Virus record (IMG/VR): IMGVR_UViG_3300033177_000258
DNA length: 64,000 nt
Reading direction: 5' to 3' (one strand)
Source of the DNA: a virus
Lineage: Duplodnaviria > Caudoviricetes
The position numbers and the translations under genes were made by a program. Numbering within the stretch: position 1 is the stretch's first letter; each line of letters opens with the position of its first letter. Positions 40,333-49,092 of this stretch are shown one piece after another. The notes under the pieces were generated by a model. It was not told the DNA's origin. It made no database searches and worked only from the letters and a program-made list of their open reading frames with translations.

Positions 40333-40396
40333 ACATCTTCTGTACTCGAACCGTAGAGCGCGAAATACTTTAGATGTGCTTGACGGATGTTCGAGA

Positions 40397-41053
40397 ATGA
40401 GCAAAGTTATGGAGCATTGGGCGCGGGTTAGGGCTGATTACGACGCGAGCCCCAACCTATGTACTGCACCGGGCTGCAATAAGCCGCTGCCGTTCGAGAA
40501 GCGCAACAACAAGTTCTGCGGTTGCTCGTGTGCTGCCAAGGTGAATAACGCTGGTCGCTGCAAGAACCCGCAGGGTTGTAATGGCCATCCTCGTCGCTTG
40601 ACCCCAGGCCCGTGCCCGGTCTGTGGCGGGGACGTACCCAGGGGCGCAAAGTATTGTTGCTCCGACTGCTATAAGGTTGGCCAGTGGAAGGAAAGGGTAG
40701 CGCTCATAGAAGCTACGGGCGTGGCGCCCGAGCTGAACGAGAACCACCAGCGCAAGGTGATGCGCCGCTACCTCATCGAGAAGTACGGCCACAGGTGTTC
40801 GGTTTGCGGCGGGAGAAAGTGGCGGGGTGCGCCCATCCCATTGGTGGTAGACCACATTGACGGTGACCCATCCAACCGAGCGGTAGCCAACTATCGCATG
40901 GTCTGCCCCAACTGCGATGCTCAGTCGCCTACGTACTGCGGTCGCAACAAATGCAACGGGCCGTCAAGAGACTGGCGGTACGGCAAGACAGACCCCCGTA
41001 CCCATCGCGTAAATAGCCCTCGTGGCCGAGAGGACCAGGTGCCCGCCTCCTAA
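40397..41053 (+). CDS. HNH endonuclease with N-terminal zinc fingers
   Basis: CSVC..W.G.PIPL.VDHIDG...N....CPNC; TAA stop lies in the tRNA-Arg(CCT) anticodon loop. Confidence 0.88.
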   Translation: MSKVMEHWARVRADYDASPNLCTAPGCNKPLPFEKRNNKFCGCSCAAKVNNAGRCKNPQGCNGHPRRLTPGPCPVCGGDVPRGAKYCCSDCYKVGQWKERVALIEATGVAPELNENHQRKVMRRYLIEKYGHRCSVCGGRKWRGAPIPLVVDHIDGDPSNRAVANYRMVCPNCDAQSPTYCGRNKCNGPSRDWRYGKTDPRTHRVNSPRGREDQVPAS

Positions 41054-41101
41054 GCGGGGCTCTTCGGAGCAACGTAGGTTCGAATCCTACCGAGGGCACC
41101 A
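41016..41101 (+). tRNA. tRNA-Arg(CCT) with long variable arm
   Basis: GCCCTCG/CGAGGGC, CCCGC-CTCCTAA-GCGGG, V-arm GCTC-TTCG-GAGC. Confidence 0.88.
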
Positions 41102-41144
41102 TCATTGCCACACACGCAGCTTTCATCACAGTGAGGTTCGCAGC

Positions 41145-41726
41145 ATGAAACTAGGGTTTGACCTGGATGGAGTCGTCTTCAACTCGACCCCCGCGTTCGT
41201 GGCCGAAGGCGTGCGACTCGGCCTCATTCCCCCCGAGGTAACGGCTGGAGACATCACGCATTGGGACCTGGGAGACCAGTTCGGCCTCCAGCCGGAAGTG
41301 GCCTGTGCCATGTGGGCACCGGAGGTCTATGGCCGCGCCGTCATCTACAAGGAGGCTTTGCCGGCCCTGCGCAAGCTGAAGAGCATGGGCGCGGAGCTCT
41401 GGTTCATCACCGCGCGCTGTGGCCAGTTCCACGATGCGGAGGCGGTCCAGGAAGTCACCCGCGCGCAGCTTGGCCAGTACGGCCTGCTCGACGGTAGCAA
41501 CATCATCTGGTCGCCAACGGCCGACAAGGCCGCCGAGGTGGACCGGCACAAGCTCGACCACTACGTGGACGACCATCCCCTGCCCATCGAGTTACTCTAC
41601 GAGAGCGGCTACCAGGGCGCCTGGCTCATGGCCAGGCGCTGGAACGAGAACGTCTATGGGCTCCCGCGCACCAACTGGCATGCCTACTTCCAGGCGGTGC
41701 ACGCCCTCCTGAAAGGGGCTCAGTAG
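41145..41726 (+). CDS. HAD-family 5'(3')-nucleotidase
   Basis: GFDLDGV, FITAR, DK, YVDD, WN. Confidence 0.85.
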   Translation: MKLGFDLDGVVFNSTPAFVAEGVRLGLIPPEVTAGDITHWDLGDQFGLQPEVACAMWAPEVYGRAVIYKEALPALRKLKSMGAELWFITARCGQFHDAEAVQEVTRAQLGQYGLLDGSNIIWSPTADKAAEVDRHKLDHYVDDHPLPIELLYESGYQGAWLMARRWNENVYGLPRTNWHAYFQAVHALLKGAQ

Positions 41727-41727
41727 C

Positions 41728-42147
41728 ATGACCGCCGAGGTCAGTTACGACCCCAAGTTCGACCGGACGGATGAGGAGCTCCAGGCGTTCATGCTGTTCG
41801 CCATGATGGAGCCGGTGAAGCCCATGTTCGCGGACTTCGATGTCAACCAGGTCCAGCTCAGTCTGGAGTTCCGCCGCGTCAAGGCCCGGCCTTCTGACGA
41901 GTTGATGGCGCGGGCCCAGGCCATCATCCTGGAGCAGGCGGAGCGGGAGCTGTTCTCGATGTTCGCCCTGCCGGCCGATGCTCTGCAGATGACCTCGGAC
42001 AGAGGCGGGAGCTACGTCACCGCGCAGGCAATGCGCGAGCAGATAGAACGAATGCGAGGCCTCCGAGCCCGCGAGAAGACTGCCCCTTTCGATGGGCTCA
42101 GCCATGACGAAGCAATGAAGCGGCTCTTAGATGTTGCTGCCGGATAG
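41728..42147 (+). CDS. Hypothetical protein
   Basis: Collinear ORF; TAG stop lies inside the tRNA-Gln stub. Confidence 0.65.
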   Translation: MTAEVSYDPKFDRTDEELQAFMLFAMMEPVKPMFADFDVNQVQLSLEFRRVKARPSDELMARAQAIILEQAERELFSMFALPADALQMTSDRGGSYVTAQAMREQIERMRGLRAREKTAPFDGLSHDEAMKRLLDVAAG

Positions 42148-42162
42148 CCAAGTTGGTAATGC
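42138..42162 (+). pseudogene. 5' stub of tRNA-Gln
   Basis: TGCCGGATAGCCAAGTTGGTAATGC vs TGCCGGATAGCCAAGTGGTACGGC at 42730. Confidence 0.85.
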
Positions 42163-42210
42163 GCTGCTCAAGTATCCCGAATAGTGTCTTACCACAACCA
42201 TAGCCAGCAC

Positions 42211-42220
42211 GGAATACTTC
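42211..42220 (+). promoter_or_regulatory. GGAATACTTC motif upstream of HNH
   Basis: GGAATACTTC-N5-GGTGATG-GAA-ATG. Confidence 0.65.
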
Positions 42221-42235
42221 ATGTTGGTGATGGAA

Positions 42236-42739
42236 ATGCAGAAGCGAAGCATTATCTGGCGCTTGCCGTCGAACGAGTTCCGAGAATTGGTTGCGTCCTG
42301 CGACACGTATGCGGAAGTGCTGCGGCATTTTGGCATGCTGCACAAGGGCGGGAACCACAACACCCTCAAGAGACGTATCCAACATGAAGGCATAGACGCG
42401 TCCCATCTTGAGGAAGGCGGTGCCCGACGTTCCAGAGAAGCGCTTGGGCGCTCCAGCAAGGGGCTTAGGCTTTCAGACGAAGATGTCTTCCGCGAAGGGT
42501 CCACCTACTGCCGCTACAATCTGAAGCGGCGTATCTTGGAGCAGGGTCTCATACCTTATGTGTGCGGGGTATGCGGCATGGGGCCAGAGTGGAATGGCAA
42601 GCCCATCTCTCTACCATTGGACCACATCAACGGTGTGTCTGACGACCACCGTTTGGAGAATCTGCGTTTTCTGTGCCCCAATTGCCACGCCCAGACGGAG
42701 ACGTTTGGGAGGCGAAAAAGGGGTGGTGTTGCCGGATAG
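42236..42739 (+). CDS. HNH endonuclease
   Basis: CGVC..EWNGKPISL.LDHING...ENLRFLCPNCH; stop inside tRNA-Gln. Confidence 0.92.
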   Translation: MQKRSIIWRLPSNEFRELVASCDTYAEVLRHFGMLHKGGNHNTLKRRIQHEGIDASHLEEGGARRSREALGRSSKGLRLSDEDVFREGSTYCRYNLKRRILEQGLIPYVCGVCGMGPEWNGKPISLPLDHINGVSDDHRLENLRFLCPNCHAQTETFGRRKRGGVAG

Positions 42740-42803
42740 CCAAGTGGTACGGCAATCGGCTCTGGACCGATGACCGCTGGTTCGACCCCAGCTCCGGCAA
42801 CCA
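42730..42803 (+). tRNA. tRNA-Gln(CTG)
   Basis: U1-A72, ATCGG-CTCTGGA-CCGAT, ACCA. Confidence 0.93.
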
Positions 42804-42860
42804 TTTTGTCTGGTAAGGCCATATTGCGCGAACCAACAATATGTCCTCCAGAGACAATAT

Positions 42861-42954
42861 GCTCGCGTAGTCGAATTGGTTTCAGACGGCAGCCTTTCAA
42901 GCTGCGGCATGGTGGAAACACCCAATGCGGGTTCGAATCCCGTCGCGAGTACCA
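42861..42954 (+). tRNA. tRNA-Glu(TTC) with long variable arm
   Basis: GCTCGCG/CGCGAGT, GCAGC-CTTTCAA-GCTGC, 21-nt variable region containing GGTG-GAAA-CACC. Confidence 0.85.
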
Positions 42955-42958
42955 AAGT

Positions 42959-43123
42959 TTGGGTCGGTGGCGCAAACGTGATGCGACACGAGGGTCACTG
43001 CCGGAGGCCGGCGCCGGCTGAAAGGCGAGACGGGCGGGTGCATACTGCCCGGATGAACAGCGCATCATAGACGCAAGGCTACAAGCCCCGACAAGTGCAG
43101 GTAGCCAGTCCTGCCCGACCCAA
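42959..43123 (+). ncRNA. tRNA-framed structured ncRNA (~165 nt)
   Basis: TTGGGTCGG/CCGACCCAA closing stem, adjacent T-arm-like GCAGG-TAGCCAGT-CCTGC, internal stems. Confidence 0.65.
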
Positions 43124-43190
43124 CCCATAGAAACGAACCCAGGTCCTATGTGTGTCGTACAACAATTCTTGATGCGTTCGTGTTCAGCAC

Positions 43191-43200
43191 AGAATACTTC
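43191..43200 (+). promoter_or_regulatory. AGAATACTTC motif variant upstream of HNH
   Basis: AGAATACTTC-N5-GGTGATG-AACA-ATG. Confidence 0.6.
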
Positions 43201-43216
43201 ATTCTGGTGATGAACA

Positions 43217-43966
43217 ATGGCATTTAGACGCAGCAAGATATGGCTTGTACCGGAAGACGAGTTCCGGCGCTTGGTGGCAGACGCCGCATCGCGTTCTGAC
43301 ATCCTGGTATCACTCGGTTTCGCTGTTGGCTCGGGGGGGTATCGGGTCCTCAACGACCGCATCGCAGAGTTGGGGTTGAGCACAGAGCATTTCGCGGAGC
43401 GCTCCTACGAGAAGCGCAAGTCAGCTCTTCTGGCGGCTTCTAAGCCGAAAAGACCTATAGAAGAGTTGCTGGTAGAGGGCGCGAACAACCACTCTGCCGG
43501 CCTAAAGAAGAAGCTCATCGAAGAGGGCATCTTACCTAACATGTGTTCGGAGTGTGGCGCCCTGCCAGAGTGGAACGGGAAACCGCTGTCGTTGCAATTG
43601 CACCACCGCAACGGCAGACGGGGCGATGACCGAAAAGAGAACCTCTGTCTGCTCTGTCCCAACTGTCGCAGCCAGACGCCCAACTTCTCGGGGCGCGGCA
43701 AGAGGCAAGAGACTAAGCGCTGCGCCTGTGGGACGCCCATCCATAAGTCATCACTGCGCTGCAGGAAGTGTGCCGGTGCGGACCTTAAGCACCACCACCG
43801 CAAAGTAGAAGAGCGGCCATCGAGTGGGGTTCTCCTGCAAGAAGTGTCTGCCGCGAACTATGAAGCCGTGGGGCGCAGATATGGGGTGACAGGTAGGACC
43901 ATCAAGGACTGGCTCATTGCCGATGGCATAGAGCCTCCTCGGAAGCACAAAGCTCGCGTGGTGTAG
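43217..43966 (+). CDS. HNH endonuclease with C-terminal zinc finger and HTH
   Basis: EWNGKPLSLQLHHRNG...ENL..LCPNC; stop inside tRNA-Glu(CTC). Confidence 0.9.
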   Translation: MAFRRSKIWLVPEDEFRRLVADAASRSDILVSLGFAVGSGGYRVLNDRIAELGLSTEHFAERSYEKRKSALLAASKPKRPIEELLVEGANNHSAGLKKKLIEEGILPNMCSECGALPEWNGKPLSLQLHHRNGRRGDDRKENLCLLCPNCRSQTPNFSGRGKRQETKRCACGTPIHKSSLRCRKCAGADLKHHHRKVEERPSSGVLLQEVSAANYEAVGRRYGVTGRTIKDWLIADGIEPPRKHKARVV

Positions 43967-44039
43967 CGGCCGAACATCTCCGGTTCTCAACCGGAAGACC
44001 GAGAAGGTTACGCGGGTTCGAATCCCTCCGCGAGTACCA
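43952..44039 (+). tRNA. tRNA-Glu(CTC) with long variable arm
   Basis: GCTCGCG/CGCGAGT, TCCGG-TTCTCAA-CCGGA, V-arm GACC-GAGAA-GGTT. Confidence 0.87.
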
Positions 44040-44055
44040 TCTTTCACCAGTCGAG

Positions 44056-44769
44056 GTGCCAGTTATGATACCCGAAACCATGGTTGAGCGCTTCAAAGCC
44101 TGTGTGATGGCGGCCCAAGACGGCAGTAGCCATCTCAGCGATGATTCGTCATGGGTGGAGAGATTGGGGAGCTTCATCGAAGCCATCCCCCCCTGCAAGG
44201 GGCCGGCCCTGGTGGTTGGCCCCGGCGCCGGTTACGAGTGCCGTCTGCTCCAGCGACGGGGCTATGAAGTGCACGCTGTGGACATCGAGCCCAAGGTGAC
44301 CGAGCACCACATCCGCATGCGAGGGGAAGGCGTTCACATTCTCAACAACGTGCCGATGGAGAACATGCCTTATGGTCCGGGTGAGTTCGGCATAGTGTCG
44401 TCGCACCACTGTCTGGAGCATAGCCTCGCCCCTCTGGCGGCGCTATGCGAGTGGAATAGGGTGTTGCGGGTGGGCGGCTTTCTGGCTCTCGGCGTGCCGC
44501 CAGTGAGCACCGCCAGCGCCGTCGCGCTGCACATCTGCAACTTCTCGCGTCCCCTGGTCGCTTACCTATTGGCTGCCACGGGCTTCGACGTGCGGCGCGG
44601 GCTCCAATTCAGCCAGGACTATGACGAGTGCTTCATAGTGAGGAAGGTGGCGGACCCCTTGCAGACGATGCAGCTCCGTGACCTGGTACCACTGCTGCCT
44701 GAGGGGATGTACCGTGAGTACCCGAATGGGAACTGCGAGCTTGCGGATACGTTCGGTGGTTGCGGGTAG
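44056..44769 (+). CDS. Class I SAM-dependent methyltransferase
   Basis: VVGPGAG, SHHCLEHS, RVLRVGG. Confidence 0.85.
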   Translation: MPVMIPETMVERFKACVMAAQDGSSHLSDDSSWVERLGSFIEAIPPCKGPALVVGPGAGYECRLLQRRGYEVHAVDIEPKVTEHHIRMRGEGVHILNNVPMENMPYGPGEFGIVSSHHCLEHSLAPLAALCEWNRVLRVGGFLALGVPPVSTASAVALHICNFSRPLVAYLLAATGFDVRRGLQFSQDYDECFIVRKVADPLQTMQLRDLVPLLPEGMYREYPNGNCELADTFGGCG

Positions 44770-44812
44770 CCCTTCCGCCATATTCTTCAGAGAAGCACCC
44801 GAGAAAGAACGG

Positions 44813-44841
44813 TTGACAGCGAGCCGTAGAGCTGCTAAGAT
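44813..44841 (+). promoter_or_regulatory. Sigma70-type promoter
   Basis: TTGACA-17-TAAGAT with TGn extension. Confidence 0.75.
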
Positions 44842-44881
44842 AGCGTCATTGGGAAACATCACGATGCGGAGCCGAGGCCCA

Positions 44882-45109
44882 ATGAACTTGTGGGAACGGC
44901 ATGAGCAGTACAAAGAGCGTGAGAGACGTAGAGAACAGAAACGCCGGCGTAACCGAAAGCGCTGGTGGTACCAGGGAGACCACCTGGAGAACCTCTGCGA
45001 CTGCCACGACTGCCGCAAGCGACGCAAGCATGGGGACGTGGTGATACCGAGCCCCCAGGAGTTGCGCCAGCGAGAGCGCGATAGAGAGAACATTGAGTCG
45101 GTCAGATAG
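44882..45109 (+). CDS. Small basic hypothetical protein
   Basis: GAGG SD, downstream of the promoter; Arg-rich, CDCHDC. Confidence 0.55.
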   Translation: MNLWERHEQYKERERRREQKRRRNRKRWWYQGDHLENLCDCHDCRKRRKHGDVVIPSPQELRQRERDRENIESVR

Positions 45110-45143
45110 AAGCAGTACACCACGCTACGCCGAGGTCACGCTA

Positions 45144-46016
45144 ATGTCTGGTATCCACACACAGCCACACCCCAAAGGCATCATCACTCCCCCACCGCAT
45201 AGTGGTTTTTCCATCCGGGCATCTCTTCATTCATTCTTCTCTCCCCGTGCCGCTGGCTTTGCGTCCATTCACCCCAAGATGGAGGCTGCATTGCGCTCGG
45301 TTGGGATTCGTGATGACCAAGTTAGCCAAGGGTTCGGTTGGGCGCCCGCTTCGGCTGGCTACCATAGCCCGGTCGGCTGGGTCAATGGTCACCGATACAG
45401 CACGTGTGTGGACCTGCGCACTAGCATCGGCTGCACGCCCGAGATGCGCTCCCGGCTGGTAGCGGCCGGCTTTGCTCCATTCTTTAGGCTCGATACGAGC
45501 TGGAGGGGCAATGAGCACGTGCATTGTGTCTACGTCGCCGACCTACCGCTGCTGCCTGGCCCGTTGCAACAGGCGTATGACTACGCGGCCGGCCTGAACG
45601 GCCTGGTAGGCCACGGGCGCTTGAAAGGCCCGTTGGCGCCGACAGATGAAGAGCGCAAGAGCATCGCCTACGCCCTGCAGACCAAGGCCCGGCATGTGGC
45701 GGTGAAGGTCCTGGCCCCTAACGGGAAAGTCATCCCGTGCTATGCGTTTCTGGAGCGCTTCTGGTACAGCAAGCAATACAAGGTGCGTTGTGAGGTGCGG
45801 CCCTTCGTGGAGTATTGGGGGGCCGTCATCCTGGACCAGAAGACGTTCCGCTTCAAGGGCGGCAACGTTGTGATGACCTCAGCCCAGACCATGGTCTCGG
45901 GGCAGTTCCTGCGGGGCAACCTGCGCGAGCTGGCCGGGCTCCTGGGTCTCAAGGTCGTGAAGTTCGAGCTCACCGCCGATGGCACCAGCGCCACCGTGCG
46001 GCTAGGCTACAAGTAG
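45144..46016 (+). CDS. Putative M15-like Zn peptidase (cell-wall hydrolase)
   Basis: SAGYH...CVDL...EHVH pattern. Confidence 0.5.
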   Translation: MSGIHTQPHPKGIITPPPHSGFSIRASLHSFFSPRAAGFASIHPKMEAALRSVGIRDDQVSQGFGWAPASAGYHSPVGWVNGHRYSTCVDLRTSIGCTPEMRSRLVAAGFAPFFRLDTSWRGNEHVHCVYVADLPLLPGPLQQAYDYAAGLNGLVGHGRLKGPLAPTDEERKSIAYALQTKARHVAVKVLAPNGKVIPCYAFLERFWYSKQYKVRCEVRPFVEYWGAVILDQKTFRFKGGNVVMTSAQTMVSGQFLRGNLRELAGLLGLKVVKFELTADGTSATVRLGYK

Positions 46017-46028
46017 GAGTGTTGTCCA

Positions 46029-46160
46029 ATGCAGTCAGCAAACGGAGCCCGGCGCAGCCCTTGTGGCGCATGCGGCGGCTCAGGCAAGAAGGAAGGCGCG
46101 ACCTGCCCCACCTGTAAGGGTTCGGGCAAGGCTTCGCCGGCACGCTACAACAAGGAGTAG
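46029..46160 (+). CDS. 43-aa DnaJ-type zinc-finger miniprotein
   Basis: CGACGGSG...CPTCKGSG; AGGAG upstream; shorter than the ORF track cutoff. Confidence 0.65.
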   Translation: MQSANGARRSPCGACGGSGKKEGATCPTCKGSGKASPARYNKE

Positions 46161-46164
46161 TGAC

Positions 46165-46461
46165 ATGAGTTTCAAGGCGACCCGCAACCGCATCATCGTG
46201 GAGTTCGTCAACCCCGAGCAGAGGAAGAGCGTCATCGTCATCCCGGACAAGGCCAAGCCGCTCCCCACGGCCGGCGTCGTCGTCAGCATCGGCGAGTGTC
46301 GGACCTGGGGTGACGGCATCCCGTTCGACCCCTGCATCGAAGTAGGCGACGTGGTGCTGTTCCCGGCGCGCGCGGCGCAGTACCTGGACGACCAGTTCAT
46401 CCGTGGCTCCATCCTGGTCCAAGACGTGATGGCCAAGCTGAAGCCTGGTGGAGTCGAGTAG
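46165..46461 (+). CDS. groES: Co-chaperonin GroES
   Basis: NRIIVE, IVIPDKAK, GVVVSIG, IEVGDVVLF, DVMAKL. Confidence 0.85.
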   Translation: MSFKATRNRIIVEFVNPEQRKSVIVIPDKAKPLPTAGVVVSIGECRTWGDGIPFDPCIEVGDVVLFPARAAQYLDDQFIRGSILVQDVMAKLKPGGVE

Positions 46462-46464
46462 CCA

Positions 46465-47505
46465 ATGGCGCCCCCGTGTTCTCTTCCGTGGATTAACCTC
46501 CAGACCACCAGCGACCTGCTGTACAACTGCTGCTACCAAACAGAATTGAGCAGCAGCCGGTCTTGGCATAGCGGTCACTGTTGGGAGTACGCTGAAGGGC
46601 GCGAGCCGCTGGAGCTGGTCAACTTCCCAGAAGGAGTGGCCCTACGCAGGAGCATCGCGAGCGGCGGCGTACTCGGTGCCTGCGGCGGCAACCGGCGTTG
46701 TCCCCGGCCTTCAATGGACGTGTACGACGGCCGCCGTCTCGATGGGCAGAGCCCCGACTACTACAGCAACTACGACCGTCTTAGGGCAGAGTGGGAAGCC
46801 GGCCAGGATGTCCTGACCGCTTTCCCCACTACCTACAGCTTCGTACTAGGGGGTAACTGCAATCTTGGCTGCCCCATGTGCCCCTCCGACCGGGCGACGC
46901 CTCGGGACTACCCGTGGATGCCGCTGGAAGTGGCTGAGAAGTTCCGGGTCTTCTTGCCTTACGCGTCGGAATGGTCGGTCTCGGGCGGCGAGCCCCTGTT
47001 GGCCCCATTCACCCTCCTCGACACCATGCTGCCGCCCCCGGCTGAGCGCGAGAAGTCGTACATCAACACGAACCTGTGCATCGGTAGCGGGCGGGTCGAA
47101 CAGCTATCGCAGCGCATCGGGTTGTTCGTGGTTTCGCTGCACGCGCTCGACCAGGCGATGGCCAGCTACATCCAGCCTGGGGTGGACCTTGCTTTGGTCC
47201 TCAGGAACATCAGGACCGTCTCCCAGCTTTCCCAGGTTTCCGTCGTGACGGTGGTTCGGGCATGCAACCTTGGCCAGCTCCGTTTCTTCCCAGACATGCT
47301 GAAGCAGATGGGTGTACGCGACTGGTGGGTTACACCGATGGTAGACTATGGACGGCTCGACAAGTCCGAGTTCGCCATGGGGCCCAACGTCAGCCATGAA
47401 CAGACCGAGCGCACTGAGAAGATACTCCTGGACGTACAACATCACTGCGAAGAGCTAGGGCTCCCATGTATACTGATGGGTGTTAGAGGCTCAGGAGACG
47501 GCTAA
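46465..47505 (+). CDS. Radical SAM protein (paralog of 31484..32518)
   Basis: CSLPW..CC N-terminus; CNLGCPMC; SGGEP. Confidence 0.87.
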   Translation: MAPPCSLPWINLQTTSDLLYNCCYQTELSSSRSWHSGHCWEYAEGREPLELVNFPEGVALRRSIASGGVLGACGGNRRCPRPSMDVYDGRRLDGQSPDYYSNYDRLRAEWEAGQDVLTAFPTTYSFVLGGNCNLGCPMCPSDRATPRDYPWMPLEVAEKFRVFLPYASEWSVSGGEPLLAPFTLLDTMLPPPAEREKSYINTNLCIGSGRVEQLSQRIGLFVVSLHALDQAMASYIQPGVDLALVLRNIRTVSQLSQVSVVTVVRACNLGQLRFFPDMLKQMGVRDWWVTPMVDYGRLDKSEFAMGPNVSHEQTERTEKILLDVQHHCEELGLPCILMGVRGSGDG

Positions 47506-48182
47506 TGTTCGAACCGAAGAACCTACGAGGCGTAGATGTATACCGTGGGGATGGCGTCATCAACTGGCAGAAGGTCTACAATGACGGGGTGCGCTTCGCC
47601 TGCATCAAGGCGACCGAAGGCGTCACCATCACGGACGCCAGGATGTTCTACAACCTGACGGAGGCGCGCAAAGCCGGCCTCTACTGCGGTCTTTACCACT
47701 ACTTCCTGCCGACCGGGAACGCGTGGGCGCAGTCCGAGTATTACATGGAGGCGGTGCGGAAGGCGGTGGGGGCGAAGACGAAGAAGGAAGCATTCAGCAA
47801 CCTGCTGGTGCCTTTGCTGGACCTGGAAGACGCCGGCGACATGGAAGACGAGGCCCTGGTCAACTCAGCACTGGCCTTCATCAAGCACGTGCAGGAGACC
47901 ATCGGGCGCGGGTGCATCGTGTACACGTACCCCTACTTCATCACCGAACACCTCGTGGAAGCCAGCAAGGCACGCTACCTGGCCGGCTACCCGCTGTGGA
48001 TTGCCAGCTACCCGAAGGATGGCCAGCCGGGGCGCCCCTACATCCCGGCGCTATGGAAGACGGCAACGATGCAGCAGTACACGGACCACGGCTCGCAGCC
48101 GGGCATCCCTCGCAACGGTGGCGTGGACCTGGACGTGTTCTTCGGCGACGCGCAGGCCATGGAGCACTTCGTCGTGCACTAA
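47505..48182 (+). CDS. GH25 muramidase (endolysin)
   Basis: GVDVY, IKATEG, YHYF, LDLE, LWIASY, QYT, VDLD. Confidence 0.92.
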   Translation: MFEPKNLRGVDVYRGDGVINWQKVYNDGVRFACIKATEGVTITDARMFYNLTEARKAGLYCGLYHYFLPTGNAWAQSEYYMEAVRKAVGAKTKKEAFSNLLVPLLDLEDAGDMEDEALVNSALAFIKHVQETIGRGCIVYTYPYFITEHLVEASKARYLAGYPLWIASYPKDGQPGRPYIPALWKTATMQQYTDHGSQPGIPRNGGVDLDVFFGDAQAMEHFVVH

Positions 48183-48191
48183 GGAGAAGAC

Positions 48192-49007
48192 ATGGGCATC
48201 CTGAAGTGGGACAAACCACAGCCAGTCAGAGCCAAGATGAAGCTCGAACAGCTCCATCCTGAGCACCCAGGGGACTACATCCCCAACATGTCTGAAGAAG
48301 ACAAACATGCCTGGAAGGCCAAACTGGTTGGCCACAAGTCAGGAGACCCGCGCGTCGAGATTCGTAAGACGACCGATGGTGGGCACCACGCATCGGATGG
48401 CTTCCGCACTGTTGGATGGCCGACCGAGCGCGAGGTGCCCGTCATCGAGGGTGTCGCCCAGGTGTTGATGGTCGTCTGGCCGGATGGCAGCGTGCGCTTA
48501 TCCATGAACTCCAAGGCGGAGTTCAGCATGGAAGAGCTCACCGCCGCCGTCTCCGAGGCCCTTGACTTCCTGCATGCCTACATCCGCGAGGCGGCGGTCC
48601 AGGCGGCTAAGCCGGCGCCCATCACTCTCAAGTGGCAGCGGTTATACCGGGTAAAGCACCACGACTATTTCTACCAGACCACCTACGGCAAGAACTGGAT
48701 TATCAACGTCCAGCATCATCCTGATGGGGGTTGGCAGTGGGCCATTCTCCGGCGTGAGCGCCCAGGTAGGCCGGTGGTCAACCACACCGAGTGCGACGCT
48801 CCTTGCCGTTCCCTGCAGGCCGCAAAGACGGAGGCCAAGGACTGTCTCGAACGACTTATCAACTCGACTGAGGAGCATCATGGCCAAGCTGTCGCCGGCC
48901 TTTGTGGAGCGCCAACTGATGGTCTACTATGCGGTGCTGAGTGCCCAGGAACTGAAGGCGCTGTACCCGAGCATGGGGAAGACCCAACTCCGCCAGCATC
49001 GCCGTAG
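48192..49007 (+). CDS. Hypothetical protein (3' end overlaps the next ORF)
   Basis: AAGGAG SD; 128-nt overlap makes the 3' end uncertain. Confidence 0.6.
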   Translation: MGILKWDKPQPVRAKMKLEQLHPEHPGDYIPNMSEEDKHAWKAKLVGHKSGDPRVEIRKTTDGGHHASDGFRTVGWPTEREVPVIEGVAQVLMVVWPDGSVRLSMNSKAEFSMEELTAAVSEALDFLHAYIREAAVQAAKPAPITLKWQRLYRVKHHDYFYQTTYGKNWIINVQHHPDGGWQWAILRRERPGRPVVNHTECDAPCRSLQAAKTEAKDCLERLINSTEEHHGQAVAGLCGAPTDGLLCGAECPGTEGAVPEHGEDPTPPASP

Positions 49008-49092
49008 TGCTCTGCGGTCCTTGGCCCAGCACAGAGACTGTGGTTCGATGTACCACTGGGCCGAGCGGACCATTCGGGAGTTGTTGTCGTAG
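48880..49092 (+). CDS. Hypothetical protein
   Basis: GAGGAG SD; stop overlaps G1 of the tRNA. Confidence 0.55.
   Translation: MAKLSPAFVERQLMVYYAVLSAQELKALYPSMGKTQLRQHRRSALRSLAQHRDCGSMYHWAERTIRELLS

Noticed and set aside
42861-42954. tRNA-Leu(CAA) call based on the long variable arm
   Set aside because: The stem GCAGC/GCTGC closes CT-TTC-AA, so the anticodon is TTC.
42959-43123. tmRNA
   Set aside because: Too short, no G3-U70 alanine determinant and no tag reading frame.
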